Made by a program: the position numbers and the translations under genes. Source: an uncultured Alphaproteobacteria bacterium (lineage in GTDB: Bacteria > Pseudomonadota > Alphaproteobacteria > Rhizobiales > Methyloligellaceae). From it: a stretch of DNA of 64,000 bases. Location: contig CAVUVO010000022.1 of assembly GCA_963744945.1 (NCBI GenBank), positions 17,609-81,608 on the forward strand, in the 5' to 3' direction. A model generated the notes under the pieces. The model saw only the letters and a list, made by a program, of their open reading frames with translations, did not search any database and had not been told where the DNA came from. Positions 24,088-36,780 of this stretch are shown piece after piece; position 1 is the stretch's first letter; each line of letters opens with the position of its first letter.

Positions 24088-24839
24088 TTAAGGTACGATT
24101 CCTTCGAAGATCATGGCGTCGGCGAAAAGCTGCGCGTTGGCCTTGTCTGCCTCGGTGCGCACGGTCCAGGTGAGCAGCGGCAAATGGAAGACGTCGCGCG
24201 CGATGCCTGGCGCGAGCGCAGGCAGCGCCCTGATATCGTAGGCGATGAAGTTGGGCCGCGCGATGGCGGCGGTGAGCAGATGCCGCATGGCGAAACGCCG
24301 GAGCGCCGACAACTCGGACCAATGTTGCATGTCGTCGAAGCGCTCTGCCGACCAGTCCACGCGGCAGCGAGGGCGCCAGGTCGCGGAACGCCGCAACGCA
24401 GTCGGGATCGAACGACATCACCGCCACATCGCCCTGATAGGCCGCGAGCGTCGCGGCGATATTGCGCTCGTAAGTGTGGTCGTCGCTCCACGTGCTCTTC
24501 ACCTCGATGAGGAGCGGCACGCGCCCGGCGACGATGCCGAGCAGCCCGTTGAGCGACAGGATGCGGTCCTCGCTGTTGCGCAAGGGAATGGCGCAGAGCG
24601 CGGCGGCATCGCGGTCGGCCACGGGTCCGCGTTCGGCGGTCAGCCGATCCAAGGTCCGGTCGTGAAACACGACTGGAACGCCATGCGCGGCGCATTGCAG
24701 ATCGACCTCGATGGCGTAGCCCCTGGCGATCGCCGCCTCGATCGCCGAAGCGCTGTTCTCAACGATGCCATCGGCCTCGCCATGCAATCCGCGATGGGCG
24801 AATCGGCCGTTTCAACCAATCGAGCGCATCACGGGTCAT
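24088..24839 (-). CDS. Glycerophosphodiester phosphodiesterase family protein; frameshifts near 24800 and 24355
   Basis: ENS..AIEAAI..GYAIEVD, VVFHDRTLDRLT, LIEVK, MSFDP and LLTWTVRT. Confidence 0.85.
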
Positions 24840-24859
24840 GGGCTCTGGCCACCGCCGCG

Positions 24860-25324
24860 CTATTCCACAGCGAAGATGGCGTCGATCTCGACGGGGGCGC
24901 CGAGCGGCAGGCTCGCGCAGCCGACGGCGATGCGGGTGTGGCGGCCCTTTTGCCCGAGTACCTTCACGATCAGCTCGGAGGCGCCGTTGATCACTTTGGG
25001 ATGATCGATGAAGCCCGGCGCAGAGCTGACAAAGCCGTTCAGCCGCAGGCACTGGACGATGCGGTCGAGATCGCCGAGCGCCGCCTTCGCCTGTGCGAGA
25101 ATATTAAGGGCGCAGAGACGCGCAGCGTCTTGTCCCTGGGCGATATCGACGCCGGCCCCGAGCGTGCCGGTCATGGCAAGCTTTCCGTCCTTGAGGGGCA
25201 GTTGTCCCGCGACAAAGAGCTGGCCGTTAAGGTGCAGAAAGGAAACGTAATCCGCGACGGGGAGGGGAACCTCGGGAAGGACGAGGTCCAGAGCCTTCAG
25301 CCTTGCTTCGATCTCGCCTGCCAT
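24860..25324 (-). CDS. RidA/YjgF family protein
   Basis: LFVAGQLP, VINGASEL and GRHTRIAVG..LPLGAPVEI. Confidence 0.9.
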   Translation of the reverse strand: MAGEIEARLKALDLVLPEVPLPVADYVSFLHLNGQLFVAGQLPLKDGKLAMTGTLGAGVDIAQGQDAARLCALNILAQAKAALGDLDRIVQCLRLNGFVSSAPGFIDHPKVINGASELIVKVLGQKGRHTRIAVGCASLPLGAPVEIDAIFAVE

Positions 25325-25491
25325 GCCGTCTCCTATCTCCGGTTGTATTGCTCGCGCTTGAGCCAAGCGACCATCGGGCAAAATTTCGGCCTCCGCAAGT
25401 TGGGCGCGGGACCCTTGTCGTGCGCGCCGGTTGGTGTCAAGAATCCCGTGCCGAAGCGGCGGTTCGCCTCGGCAATCATGCGAGGAGCGGT

Positions 25492-26364
25492 ATGGCGAGT
25501 GTGGTTTGGAGACGGGTGCTTGCGATTGCGTCAGTGGCAATGCTCGGCGGCGCCCTGGCGCAGCCGGCTGAGGCCTTTGCGGGCAAGGAGCCGGTCAAGC
25601 TCACGCCGCACCGTGCCGTCTATGAAGTCACGCTCGACGACGCCCGCTCGGCCTCAGGCATTACCGGCATTGACGGGCGCATGGTGTTCGAATTCTCGGG
25701 CTCGGAATGCAACGGCTATACACTCAACATGCGCATGGTCACGCAGATGACCGACTCGCAAGGCCAGACCAACCTGACCGATCTCCGGTCGTCGACCTGG
25801 GAGCAGGGCAATGGCCAGAAGTTCCGCTTCCAGTCGGCGCAGTATCTGAACGACAAGCTCGGCGACGTGACCATGGGGCGTGCGACACGCAACCCAGACA
25901 CCGCGGTCGAGGTGAAACTGAGCCAGCCGAGCCACGCCGAGCTCAACCTGTCCGGCAAGGTGCTGTTTCCAACCCAGCACAGCATCGCCTTGATGAATGC
26001 GGCGCTGGATGGGGAGGGGCTGCTGCAGGCCCAGATTTATGACGGTTCGGAAAAGGGCCAGAAGGTCTATGAGACCACAGCCTTTATCGGCAAGCCGGTC
26101 GCGGCAGGGACCGAGGACAAGATCGAGGCTCCGGCCAAGGAAAAGGGGCTCGCCGGGATGACCTCATGGCCGGTTTCGATCGGCTATTTCGAGTCCAAGG
26201 GCGGCGATCTGACCCCGAGCTATCAAATCGACTTCCGGCTCTATGCCAATGGGGTGAGCCGCGAGCTCCTCATCGACTATGGCGATTTTACTGTGCATGG
26301 CACGCTGACTTCGCTCGAATATCTAAAGCCCTCGGAATGCCGTACCCCCGCGACCGAGCGATAG
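25492..26364 (+). CDS. eipB: Cell envelope integrity protein EipB (DUF1849)
   Basis: Signal peptide; LTPHRAVYEVTL, GRMVFEFSGSEC, FPTQH, WPVSIGYF and LYANGVSR. Confidence 0.85.
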   Translation: MASVVWRRVLAIASVAMLGGALAQPAEAFAGKEPVKLTPHRAVYEVTLDDARSASGITGIDGRMVFEFSGSECNGYTLNMRMVTQMTDSQGQTNLTDLRSSTWEQGNGQKFRFQSAQYLNDKLGDVTMGRATRNPDTAVEVKLSQPSHAELNLSGKVLFPTQHSIALMNAALDGEGLLQAQIYDGSEKGQKVYETTAFIGKPVAAGTEDKIEAPAKEKGLAGMTSWPVSIGYFESKGGDLTPSYQIDFRLYANGVSRELLIDYGDFTVHGTLTSLEYLKPSECRTPATER

Positions 26365-26592
26365 CGCGGCGCCCTAGGCTCGGTCTCGCGGGCCTAAAAG
26401 AAAATCGTCAATTCCCGCCATTTTTGGCCATTCCCGAAGCATTTGGTTAGAGCTTTTGCGGTGAAATCCGTGCCCGACCAAAGTGGGCAGGGCGCCCTCC
26501 ATGCAGGGCAAGGATGGGCCCCTCTCAGCGCCATGGCGTATGGACCCAAGATCGCCCATCATACGCTGATCGAATCGTCCGAGCCGCAGCCG

Positions 26593-26967
26593 ATGGCCAA
26601 AACCGTTCTGATCGTCGAGGACAATGAGCTGAACATGAAATTGTTTCATGATCTGCTCGACGCCCACGGCTATAAGACCCTGCAAACGCGTAACGGCATG
26701 GAGGCGCTTTCCCTTGCGCGCGAGCATCGGCCCGATCTTATTCTCATGGACATTCAGCTTCCCGAAGTGTCCGGCCTCGAAGTGACCAAATGGCTGAAAG
26801 AGGACGATCAGCTTCGCAAGATCCCGGTTGTGGCGGTGACCGCCTTTGCCATGAAGGGGGACGAGGAGCGCATCCGCGAGGGCGGCTGCGAGGCCTACAT
26901 CTCGAAGCCGATCTCGGTGTCGATGTTCCTCGACACCGTCAGGCAGTTCATCGGCGAAGCCCGGTAG
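26593..26967 (+). CDS. divK: Single-domain response regulator DivK
   Basis: [22 protein letters not shown]...[17 protein letters not shown]; lies directly before pleD. Confidence 0.95.
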   Translation: MAKTVLIVEDNELNMKLFHDLLDAHGYKTLQTRNGMEALSLAREHRPDLILMDIQLPEVSGLEVTKWLKEDDQLRKIPVVAVTAFAMKGDEERIREGGCEAYISKPISVSMFLDTVRQFIGEAR

Positions 26968-26974
26968 CAGTTCC

Positions 26975-28348
<1,374 letters not shown>

Positions 28349-28582
28349 AGTTGACCTTTGGGGGTGGAAACGCGCCGAATCAGGCCGGATTCTTGGTGCT
28401 GGCGCTCGGTTTTCGACTTGACGCAGCGCTTGAAGCCTTGGGGTTAAGGCTTTACACTGGTTGCGTTTTCGTCACATTAGCCTCGCAATAGAGTTTGATT
28501 TTCTCAATTTGTCGGCTAGGTTATTACTTGACTTGACGCCGGTAGGAATTTGGGGCCGGAGGTAAATATGGGGTGAGGGGAC

Positions 28583-28820
28583 TGCACGCGTGGGGCTCGT
28601 ACGCGTGCATCTCTACATCATCGAAGAGATAACCCTACGGAATGCTCAGGTCCGCCGCATCTCCTGGGTCCGTGGGGTTCGGTCGGCCGGAGCGCGGTTT
28701 GAGTGGCCTCCTCGTTAGCGCCGCGTTTCGGCCGACCACCTATTGCCAAGGATAGACCCTTGGCTGGTGGTCGAGCCATCACTTCCACGACGCAGCGCTC
28801 CGCTTTCCATCAGTTGATGG
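28583..28820. ncRNA. Candidate structured small RNA in the pleD-rpmG intergenic region
   Basis: Four hairpins (28583-28609, 28681-28737, 28745-28764, 28807-28820), one enclosing CCTCCTC; no convincing ORF. Confidence 0.3.
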
Positions 28821-28850
28821 ACATATCCGCTGGCGACAGGGCTCTTGCCC

Positions 28851-29018
28851 TTACTTGATCTTGCTTTCCTTGAACTCGACGTGCTTGCGCGCGACCGGAT
28901 CGTACTTCTTGAACACAAGCTTCTCGGTCTGGTTCCGCGGATTTTTCTTCGTTACGTAATAATAGCCGGTGCCCGCGCTGCTCACGAGCTTGATCTTTTG
29001 CGTGACGGGCTTTGCCAT
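28851..29018 (-). CDS. rpmG: 50S ribosomal protein L33, Cys-free form; below the ORF-track size cut-off
   Basis: Manual translation: [55 protein letters not shown]. Confidence 0.97.
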   Translation of the reverse strand: MAKPVTQKIKLVSSAGTGYYYVTKKNPRNQTEKLVFKKYDPVARKHVEFKESKIK

Positions 29019-29086
29019 CTCATCCTCACCAATCGAAAGTTCGCGCGAACCCTACTCGCCGCGCCCCGGAAGTCAAGACCGGGACA

Positions 29087-29548
29087 TCAGCGGACCGGAT
29101 CGCTTTGTACGCCTGCGTCGAAGCTCTCGATTTTCTCTTCTTCGGCGTTGGGGTCGAAGCCGTGCATCAGAAGCGCCCATTGCAGGCCGACCAGCACCCC
29201 CTTGACCGGAGGCAGAAGCACAAGCGCGAGCAATACGGTGAGCGGCAGCCAGAGCGCGGCGTGCAGCCATAGCGGCGGCCGGTAGGCCATCTCAACGGCA
29301 AGCAGCAGGCTCACCACGACATGACCGACGATGATGATGGTGAAATAGGGCGGCGCGTCGTCGGCGCGGTGATGGTGCAATTCCTCGCCGCAAGAGGGGC
29401 ATTCGTCAGCGACCTTGAGATAGCGGCGGAACATGGCGCCCTTGCCGCAGGACGGGCAGGTGAGCTTCGCACCTCTCAGCATTGACGTGAGGACCGAGCG
29501 CTCGCCGGTCGCCATGACGGTGCCGGCAGGGATTGGGTTCGGTTGCAT
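29087..29548 (-). CDS. DUF983 family membrane protein
   Basis: CPSCGKG.MF..YLKV..ECPSCG, RADDAPPY and KGVLVGLQW. Confidence 0.88.
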   Translation of the reverse strand: MQPNPIPAGTVMATGERSVLTSMLRGAKLTCPSCGKGAMFRRYLKVADECPSCGEELHHHRADDAPPYFTIIIVGHVVVSLLLAVEMAYRPPLWLHAALWLPLTVLLALVLLPPVKGVLVGLQWALLMHGFDPNAEEEKIESFDAGVQSDPVR

Positions 29549-29630
29549 GCTTCCTCCATAGCGGAGATAGGCATTTCTGCCAAATCGGAACAGGTTGCGC
29601 GACCTTTGGCCACGCACCGTTTTGACCCTG

Positions 29631-31934
29631 CTAGCGGCGGCCGCGACCCCGCCCACCCCTTTGGGCTTGAGGCTTCCACCGGCCCTGGATACGTCCGCGG
29701 GCTGGTTTAACGCCGATATTGCGCCCCTCGCTCAGGAGCTCGAAACGAAGCGCGCCAGCGGACGGGATGGCCTCGACCAGCCGCACCTCGACAGGGTCGC
29801 CAAGCTGGAAGGCGGCGCCGGTTTCCTCTCCGACCAAAGCCTGGCGCTTTTCGTCGTGATAGAAATATTCGTGGCCGATGGACGAGGCTGGGACGAAGCC
29901 GTCCGCGCCCGTCTCGTTCAGTCGCACGAAGAGCCCGGTGCGGGTGAGGCCCGAAACCCGCGCGGCGAAGCGGGCGCCGATGCGATCGGCAAGGTAGGCT
30001 GCGATCAGCCGGTCTGCCGTCTCGCGCTCAGCCGCCATGGCGCGCCGCTCGGTCAAGGAGATGGCCTCGGCGATCTTCTCCAGGAGCGCCATCTCGGTGT
30101 CGTTGAGCCCGTCTCTGCCCAAGTCCAGCGCGCGGATCAGTGAGCGGTGCACGATCAGATCGGCGTAGCGGCGGATCGGCGAGGTGAAATGCGCGTAGCG
30201 GCGAAGGTTCAGTCCGAAGTGACCGAAATTGCCCGCGTTGTACTCGGCCTGGGCTTGGCTCCGCAGGACCATCTCGCCGACAAGCTCCGCGGCGGGGCTC
30301 GCCCGTGTCTCGGCGAGAATGCGGTTGAAATGCGCGGGCTTGATCTGCCCGGTCTTCGGCAACTTGAGGCCGAGCGTTGCTAGAAACTCCGCGAGCGCAG
30401 CGAGCTTCTCCTTCGAGGGCTGATCGTGCACGCGATAGATCAAGGGCGTGCGCTTGGCCTCAAGCTCTTCCGCCGCGGCGACGTTGGCCGCGATCATGAA
30501 CTCCTCGATCAGCCGATGCGCGTCGAGGCGGAGAGGGGTGGTGACGCCACGCACGCGCCCCTGTTCGTCGAGCTGGATCTTGCGCTCGGGCAGATCGAGG
30601 TCGAGGGGAGCGCGCTCGGCGCGGGCGCGCGTGAGACTGCCATAAGCGCCCCATAGCGGCCGGAGCACGGGATCGAGCAGCGGTCCGGTCACCTCGTCGG
30701 GCTTGCCGTCGATGGCGGCTTGCGCCTGCTCATAGGCGAGTGCCGCAGCCGAACGCATCAACCCGCGCAAGAACCGATGTCCGCGCTTGCGGCCATCCTT
30801 GTCGAACACCATGCGCACGGCGAGGCAGGGGCGCGGCTCCGCGGCTTGCAGCGAGCAGAGATGATTGGAGATGCGCTCAGGCAGCATCGGCACGACGCGG
30901 TCCGGGAAATAAACGGAATTGCCGCGCGACCGCGCTTCCCTGTCGAGCGCGCTGCCAGGCTTCACGTAAGAGGCGACGTCGGCGATGGCGACCATGACCA
31001 CCCAGCCGCCTCTGTTCATCGGGTCTGGGTCCGCTTCGGCCCACACCGCGTCGTCGCGGTCGCGGGCATCGGCTGGATCGATGGTGACGAAGGGCAGGTG
31101 CCGCAGGTCCTCGCGGCGCTTGAGGTCCGGCTCCTTCGCCGCCTCAGCCTCGCTGAGCACGGCTTCCGGGAAAGTATCGGGAATGCCATGGGCGTGGATG
31201 GCGATGAGGCTCGTCGCCCGCTGATCCTGCGGATTGCCGAGCCTGTCGGTGACGCGGGCATTGGCGCCGCCGAAGCGGGCCGGTCCGCCAAGCTCGAAGC
31301 GGACGAGCTCGCCATTCTCGGCGTCGTTGGTGGCGCCCCTGGCCACCCGCCATTCCTTCAGCTGCTTGCGATCGACGGGATCGATCACCCCGCCGCCGCC
31401 CGGGAGCGCACGGAAGATGCCGAGCTGGCTGCGCGTGAGGCGTGGCAGGCGCTTGATGGTCCGCGCCTGGTAGGGGGGATCGGCGTCGGGCCCGAGCGCG
31501 GTGATCCGCGCCAGCACGCGATCGCCGATGCCGGCGGCGGGACCCTTGTCCTGCTTGCTCTCGACCATGAGGACGCGGGGAGGGGCTCCGTGCTCATCCG
31601 GCCAATTGGCCGGCCGGGCGACGAACTCGCCATAGGAATCCCGTTCGACGATCTCGAGCACGGTTACCGATGGCAGTACGCCTGGCCGCTGAAGCTTCCG
31701 CCTGGAGCCCGCGATCAGCCCGTCATCGGCCATGTCGCGTAACAGCTCTTTCAGCGCAATGCGGTCGCCGCCTTTGACGCCGAAGGCGCGCGCGATCTCG
31801 CGCTTGCCGGCCTCGACGCTCGAGCCTTGCAGAAAATCCAAAATCTCTTGCTTGGAAGGAAGCCTGCCCGCTTTCGCGGTTTTGGGAGCGTTCTTGGTCT
31901 TTGCCACAACTCGCTTTTTAGCACGCGTGAGCAA
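29631..31934 (-). CDS. rnr: Ribonuclease R
   Basis: TIDPADARDRDDA, GNSVYFP, HFTSPIRRYADL and a C-terminal S1 domain. Confidence 0.95.
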   Translation of the reverse strand: MLTRAKKRVVAKTKNAPKTAKAGRLPSKQEILDFLQGSSVEAGKREIARAFGVKGGDRIALKELLRDMADDGLIAGSRRKLQRPGVLPSVTVLEIVERDSYGEFVARPANWPDEHGAPPRVLMVESKQDKGPAAGIGDRVLARITALGPDADPPYQARTIKRLPRLTRSQLGIFRALPGGGGVIDPVDRKQLKEWRVARGATNDAENGELVRFELGGPARFGGANARVTDRLGNPQDQRATSLIAIHAHGIPDTFPEAVLSEAEAAKEPDLKRREDLRHLPFVTIDPADARDRDDAVWAEADPDPMNRGGWVVMVAIADVASYVKPGSALDREARSRGNSVYFPDRVVPMLPERISNHLCSLQAAEPRPCLAVRMVFDKDGRKRGHRFLRGLMRSAAALAYEQAQAAIDGKPDEVTGPLLDPVLRPLWGAYGSLTRARAERAPLDLDLPERKIQLDEQGRVRGVTTPLRLDAHRLIEEFMIAANVAAAEELEAKRTPLIYRVHDQPSKEKLAALAEFLATLGLKLPKTGQIKPAHFNRILAETRASPAAELVGEMVLRSQAQAEYNAGNFGHFGLNLRRYAHFTSPIRRYADLIVHRSLIRALDLGRDGLNDTEMALLEKIAEAISLTERRAMAAERETADRLIAAYLADRIGARFAARVSGLTRTGLFVRLNETGADGFVPASSIGHEYFYHDEKRQALVGEETGAAFQLGDPVEVRLVEAIPSAGALRFELLSEGRNIGVKPARGRIQGRWKPQAQRGGRGRGRR

Positions 31935-31936
31935 AA

Positions 31937-34526
31937 CTAGTGTGCCGTCTCCTCGACGGCTTCTTTCTCTTTCTTGGTCTTGCGCGGCTTGCTGGCCTTG
32001 CGGGCGGGCTTCTTCGCCGGGCCCTTGGCGGCTCTCGCCGCAATGAGCTCAACGGCGTCGGCGATCGTCACCTCTTCAGGATTGCGGTCCTTGGGGAGGG
32101 TGGCGTTGATCTTGCCGTGCTTCACGTAAGGCCCGTAGCGGCCGCTCAGCACTTGTATGGCGCCCTTAAGCTCGGGGTGCTCGCCAAGATCCTTGATCAC
32201 GGTCGCGCCGCGGCGAATGCGGTTCGCTGCCTTCTCGGCCAACAGGCTGACGGCGCGATTGATGCCGACGGTGAACACCTCATCGGTGCCGCTCAAGCTC
32301 GCATATTTGCCGTCATGCTGCACATAAGGTCCGAAGCGGCCAAAGCCGGCGGTGATGGGCTTGCCGCTCTCGGGATGGGCGCCAATTTCGCGCGGCAGCG
32401 ACAGCAATGACAGCGCGCGCGTCAGATCGATACCCTCCGGATCGAAACCCTTGGGGATCGAGGCACGCTTCGGCTTTTCCTCGCCGTTCTCGCCAAGCTG
32501 CACGTACGGCCCGAAGCGGCCGGTGCGCAGCGTCACGTCGAGCTCGGTCTCCGGATCGGTGCCAAGCAGCTTGCCTTCGCTGCCGAGCGCGCCGGTCTTG
32601 TCGCCGCCATCGGCGAGCTGACGGGTGAAACGGCAGTCCGGATAGTTGGAGCAGCCGATGAAGGCGCCGAACTTGCCGATCTTGAGGCTCAAGCGACCGG
32701 TGGCGCAGGATGGGCAGGCGCGCGGATCGCCGCCGGCTTCGGTGCCGGGGAAGATGTGCGGCCCGAGCATGTCGTTCAGCGCATCGAGCACCTCGGTTAT
32801 GCGCAACTCGCCGATGTCCTGCACCGCGGCGATGAAGTCGCGCCAGAAATCGCGGAGCACGTCCTTCCAGGCAAGCTGGCCCGCGGAGATCAGGTCGAGC
32901 TTCTCCTCGAGGTCGGCGGTGAAATCGTATTCCACGTAGCGGGCGAAGAAGTTCTCGAGGAACGCGGTGACGAGGCGGCCTTTGTCCTCTGGGTGAAGCC
33001 GCTTCTTGTCGAGCCTGACATATTCGCGGTCGCGCAGGATGTTGAGCGTCGAGGCATAGGTCGACGGACGGCCGATGCCGAGCTCCTCCATCTTCTTGAT
33101 GAGGCTCGCCTCGCTGTAGCGGGGCGGCGGCTCGGTGAAGTGCTGCTTTGCCTCGATCTTGCGGCTTTTGAGTTGATCGCCTTGCGCCAAAATTGGGAGG
33201 GCGCCATCCTCGCCGATCACATCGTCGGTGCCTTCCTCATAGAGCTTGAGGAAGCCGTCGAAGCGGATCACCGAGCCCGTGGCGCGCAAGCCATAGGCCA
33301 CGCCGTCATTGCCGGTGACGCCAATCTCGGCGGTGGTGCGCTCGATCTCGGCGCTCGAAGCCTGGCTCGCCAGCGTGCGCTGCCACACGAGCTTATAGAG
33401 CTTGAGGAACTCGTCATCGAGATAGCGGGCGACCTTCTCAGGCGGCTTGGTGAAGTCGGTCGGTCTGATGGCTTCGTGCGCTTCCTGAGCGTTCTTCGCC
33501 TTGGTCTCGTATTGGCGCGGACGACGCCGGCACGTAGTTCCGCCCATAGAGCTGCTCGACGGTGCGCCTTGCCGCGGCGATCGCCTCTGGCGCAATCTGC
33601 ACGCCGTCGGTTCGCATATAGGTGATCAGGCCTTCGCTCTCGCCGCCGAGGTCCACGCCCTCATAGAGCCGCTGGGCGAGCTGCATGGTATGGCGGGGGG
33701 AGAAGCCGAGCTTGCGCGAGGCCTCCTGCTGGAGGGTCGAGGTGGTGAAGGGTGGAGCGGGGTGGCGGCGCTGAGCCTTGCTCTCCACGCTTTGGACCAC
33801 GAAGCGCCCGCCTTCCAGCGCTGCCTTGAGCCGCATGGCGGTGGCTTCATCGGCGATATCGAATTTCTCGAGCTTCTTGCCGTCGATTGCCGTGAGGCGG
33901 GCGAGGAAGGTTTCGTTCTTCAGGGTGGCAAGCTCGGCTGCGAGCGACCAATATTCCTGGGTCTTGAAGGCCTCGATTTCGGCTTCGCGGTCGCAGACGA
34001 GCCGCAGCGCCACGGACTGCACGCGGCCGGCAGAGCGGGCGCCAGGCAGCTTCCGCCACAAGACCGGCGACAGGGTGAAGCCGACGAGGTAATCGAGCGC
34101 CCGGCGGGCGAGATAGGCATTGACCAGCGGGCCGTCGATCTCGCGCGGATGACGCATGGCGTCGAGCACGGCATCCTTGGTCACGGCGTTGAAGACCACG
34201 CGCTCGACCAAGACCTTGTCCAAGGCCTTCTTGCGGTTGAGCACCTGGTAAACGTGCCAGGAGATGGCCTCGCCTTCGCGATCGGGGTCTGTGGCGAGGA
34301 TCAGTTTGTTCGCTCCCTTCACCGCCTTGGCGATCTCATCAAGCCGCTTCGCCGCCTTGGGCTCCACGTCCCAATGCATCTCGAAGTCCTTGTCGGGCAG
34401 GACCGAGCCGTTCTTGGAGGGAAGGTCGCGGACGTGCCCGTAGGAGGCGAGCACGCGATAGCCCGACCCGAGATATTTGTTCACGGTCTTGGCCTTAGCC
34501 GGCAACTCAACGATGACGATGTTCAT
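31937..34526 (-). CDS. topA: DNA topoisomerase I; frameshift near 33520
   Basis: ASYGHVRDL, LATDPDREGEAI, SAGRVQS, LITYMRTD, then AQEAHEAIRPT, GIGRPSTYA and C-terminal GRFGPY repeats. Confidence 0.96.
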
Positions 34527-34742
34527 TAAGTGGTTCCATAGCCGGCGCTGCTGCCGCCCGGCTCGAGGGGGATGTTTGCCGCGTCTTGCCCTCGCATTGA
34601 GGCGAAAATGGTGTCTTGCACGCCGAGTGTCAATTTCCGCTGAACGAGGAGTGCGGCATTCTAGGAACTCGAAATTGACAACTCTAGGAGGTATAGACTA
34701 ATTAACACAACCTAAAGCTGTTAATACCAAGGGAGAGCACGT

Positions 34743-34979
34743 TTGGCGAACCGGCGTCAGAAGAAGCAAAATGGAGCGCCCCGGTCCAGGAACGCGCGCC
34801 GCAAGGATGGCTCACCTACCAACGGGTCCGATATGACGCGGCGCGAGGCCGCGGACTATATTGCGACCCTGGTCGAGGAACTGAAATCTATCGCCCAGGC
34901 CGCAGGACTGCCGCTGATTGCCTATCTTCTTGCCATGGCCAAGGAAGAGGCACAGTTGGAACGCGCGCGCCAAGAATGA
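34743..34979 (+). CDS. Small hypothetical protein
   Basis: GGGAGAG RBS then TTG; helical AADYIATLVEELKSIA..GLPLIAYLLAMA. Confidence 0.6.
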   Translation: MANRRQKKQNGAPRSRNARRKDGSPTNGSDMTRREAADYIATLVEELKSIAQAAGLPLIAYLLAMAKEEAQLERARQE

Positions 34980-34990
34980 AGCCTGGGCCT

Positions 34991-36166
34991 TTACTCTTCT
35001 GGCTCGATTAAAGACACAAGTTGTTGTCCGTGTCTCTGCAACTTTCCAGCGAGATCAAGCTCGAGCAGCACGATATGGACCTTGCGCACGGCGATGCCCG
35101 TCGCCCTGGCCACCTCGTCGATATCGACCGGGCTAGGGCCTAGCGCCCCGACAATCCGCTCGCGCTCGGTCTGGGCGATATCCGGCAAAGGCTCAGGGGC
35201 TGCGCCGTCCTCAGGCGCAGAAAGCTCAGGCCCAAACGGCTCGACCGGGCGTCCAAGCATCGGCGCCAGAGTCTCGACGATGTCGCGCGCGCTGGTGACG
35301 AGGCAGGCGCCTTGTTTCAGCAGATTGTTGGTGCCGGCGGAGCGCGGGTCGAGCGGGCTTCCCGGCACGGCAAAGACTTCGCGTCCCTGCTCGCCGGCGA
35401 AGCGGGCGGTGATCAAAGACCCAGACCGTTCGGCGGCCTCCACCACGACGACCCCGAGCGAGATGCCGGAGATCAGGCGATTGCGGCGGGGAAAGTCCTT
35501 GCCCCTCGGCGCAAAGCCAGGGCTCCGCTCGCTGAGCAGCAGGCCCTGTTCACCGATGGCGCGCTGGAGGTCGGCATTCTCCGGCGGGTAGACCACGTCG
35601 ATACCGCCGGCGAGCACGGCGATGGTGCCGCGTTCGAGCGCGGCAAGATGGGCCGCGGTGTCGATGCCGCGGGCAAATCCTGAGGCAATGACGAAGCCTT
35701 CAAGGCCGAGCTCGGTGGCGAGCTGGCGTGTCAACTTCTGCCCGACGGCCGAGCCGTTGCGGGCGCCCACCATGGCGACGATGGGACCTTCGGCAAGCTC
35801 GAGCCTTCCCTTGACGTAGAGCAGAGGCGGCGGCGCATCGACATGGGAGAGGGCCGCGGGATAGCCCTTCTCGCCCATGGCGACGAGTTGAGCCCCGGCG
35901 CGGTCGGCGGCTTCAAGCTCGGCGTCAGCCTCGGCTTCCGTGAAAACACGAATCGAGGGGCGGCCGCCGCGACGCGACAGCGCCGGCAAGGCAGCGAGAG
36001 CAGCCTCGGCGCCACCGAACTGGTTGACCAAGGCACGGAAGGTGGCCGGTCCGACATTCTCGCTGCGGATCAGCCGGAGCCAGCTCCGCCGCTGACGGTC
36101 GCTCAGCTGGATCTCAGCGCGTGACGCTGGACCCTGAGGCCCGGGGTCAGGTCTTCTTCGCGCCAA
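34991..36166 (-). CDS. dprA: DNA-processing protein DprA
   Basis: [45 protein letters not shown]; TTG start with GAGGAG RBS inside the plsY 3' end. Confidence 0.95.
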   Translation of the reverse strand: MARRRPDPGPQGPASRAEIQLSDRQRRSWLRLIRSENVGPATFRALVNQFGGAEAALAALPALSRRGGRPSIRVFTEAEADAELEAADRAGAQLVAMGEKGYPAALSHVDAPPPLLYVKGRLELAEGPIVAMVGARNGSAVGQKLTRQLATELGLEGFVIASGFARGIDTAAHLAALERGTIAVLAGGIDVVYPPENADLQRAIGEQGLLLSERSPGFAPRGKDFPRRNRLISGISLGVVVVEAAERSGSLITARFAGEQGREVFAVPGSPLDPRSAGTNNLLKQGACLVTSARDIVETLAPMLGRPVEPFGPELSAPEDGAAPEPLPDIAQTERERIVGALGPSPVDIDEVARATGIAVRKVHIVLLELDLAGKLQRHGQQLVSLIEPEE

Positions 36167-36752
36167 TGCGTCCCTCCTCGCCCCGCAGCAGGCGTCCGAT
36201 ATTGTCGGCGTGGCGCCAGAAGAGAAGCACGGTGAAGACCAGGAACAGAAGTGCCATGCGCGTTTCCCCGATCCACCACAGCAGGCAGGGAACAACAGCA
36301 CTCGCCACGAGCGCCGCGAGCGACGAGTAGCGGGCGACGGCGGCAACGACGAGCCAGGTCACGCAGAAGGCGATCGCTCCCGGCCAATAGAGTCCGAGCA
36401 GCACGCCGATATAGGTGGCCACGCCCTTGCCGCCGCGAAAGCCGAGCCAGACCGGAAAGAGATGTCCGAGGAAAGCGCCGAGGCCGCCAAGGATCGCTGC
36501 ATCCTGGCCGAAGCGGGCGCCGATCAGCACGGCGGCAGTGCCCTTCAGCGCATCGAGGATGAGGGTGAGCGCCGCGAGCTTCTTGTTGCCGGTGCGCAGC
36601 ACATTGGTCGCCCCGATATTGCCCGAACCGATGTCGCGAACATCGCCGTGGCCCGCGAGCCTGGTGAGAATGAGGCCGAAGGGGATTGAGCCGAGCAGAT
36701 AGCCGAGGCCAAGCGCGAGGAGATCGTAGAGGCTCCAATCTGCCGCGAGCAT
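36147..36752 (-). CDS. plsY: Glycerol-3-phosphate acyltransferase PlsY
   Basis: [26 protein letters not shown] and RHADNI. Confidence 0.96.
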   Translation of the reverse strand: MLAADWSLYDLLALGLGYLLGSIPFGLILTRLAGHGDVRDIGSGNIGATNVLRTGNKKLAALTLILDALKGTAAVLIGARFGQDAAILGGLGAFLGHLFPVWLGFRGGKGVATYIGVLLGLYWPGAIAFCVTWLVVAAVARYSSLAALVASAVVPCLLWWIGETRMALLFLVFTVLLFWRHADNIGRLLRGEEGRIGAKKT

Positions 36753-36780
36753 TGTCGGTCAGACCCCGGAAAGAGAACAG

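Noticed and set aside
33438-33595. Programmed frameshift or split topA
   Set aside because: No slippery heptamer is evident, and the same indel pattern affects many unrelated genes.
34690-34730. Full CtrA box upstream of the small gene or topA
   Set aside because: TTAA words are present but not in TTAA-N7-TTAAC spacing.
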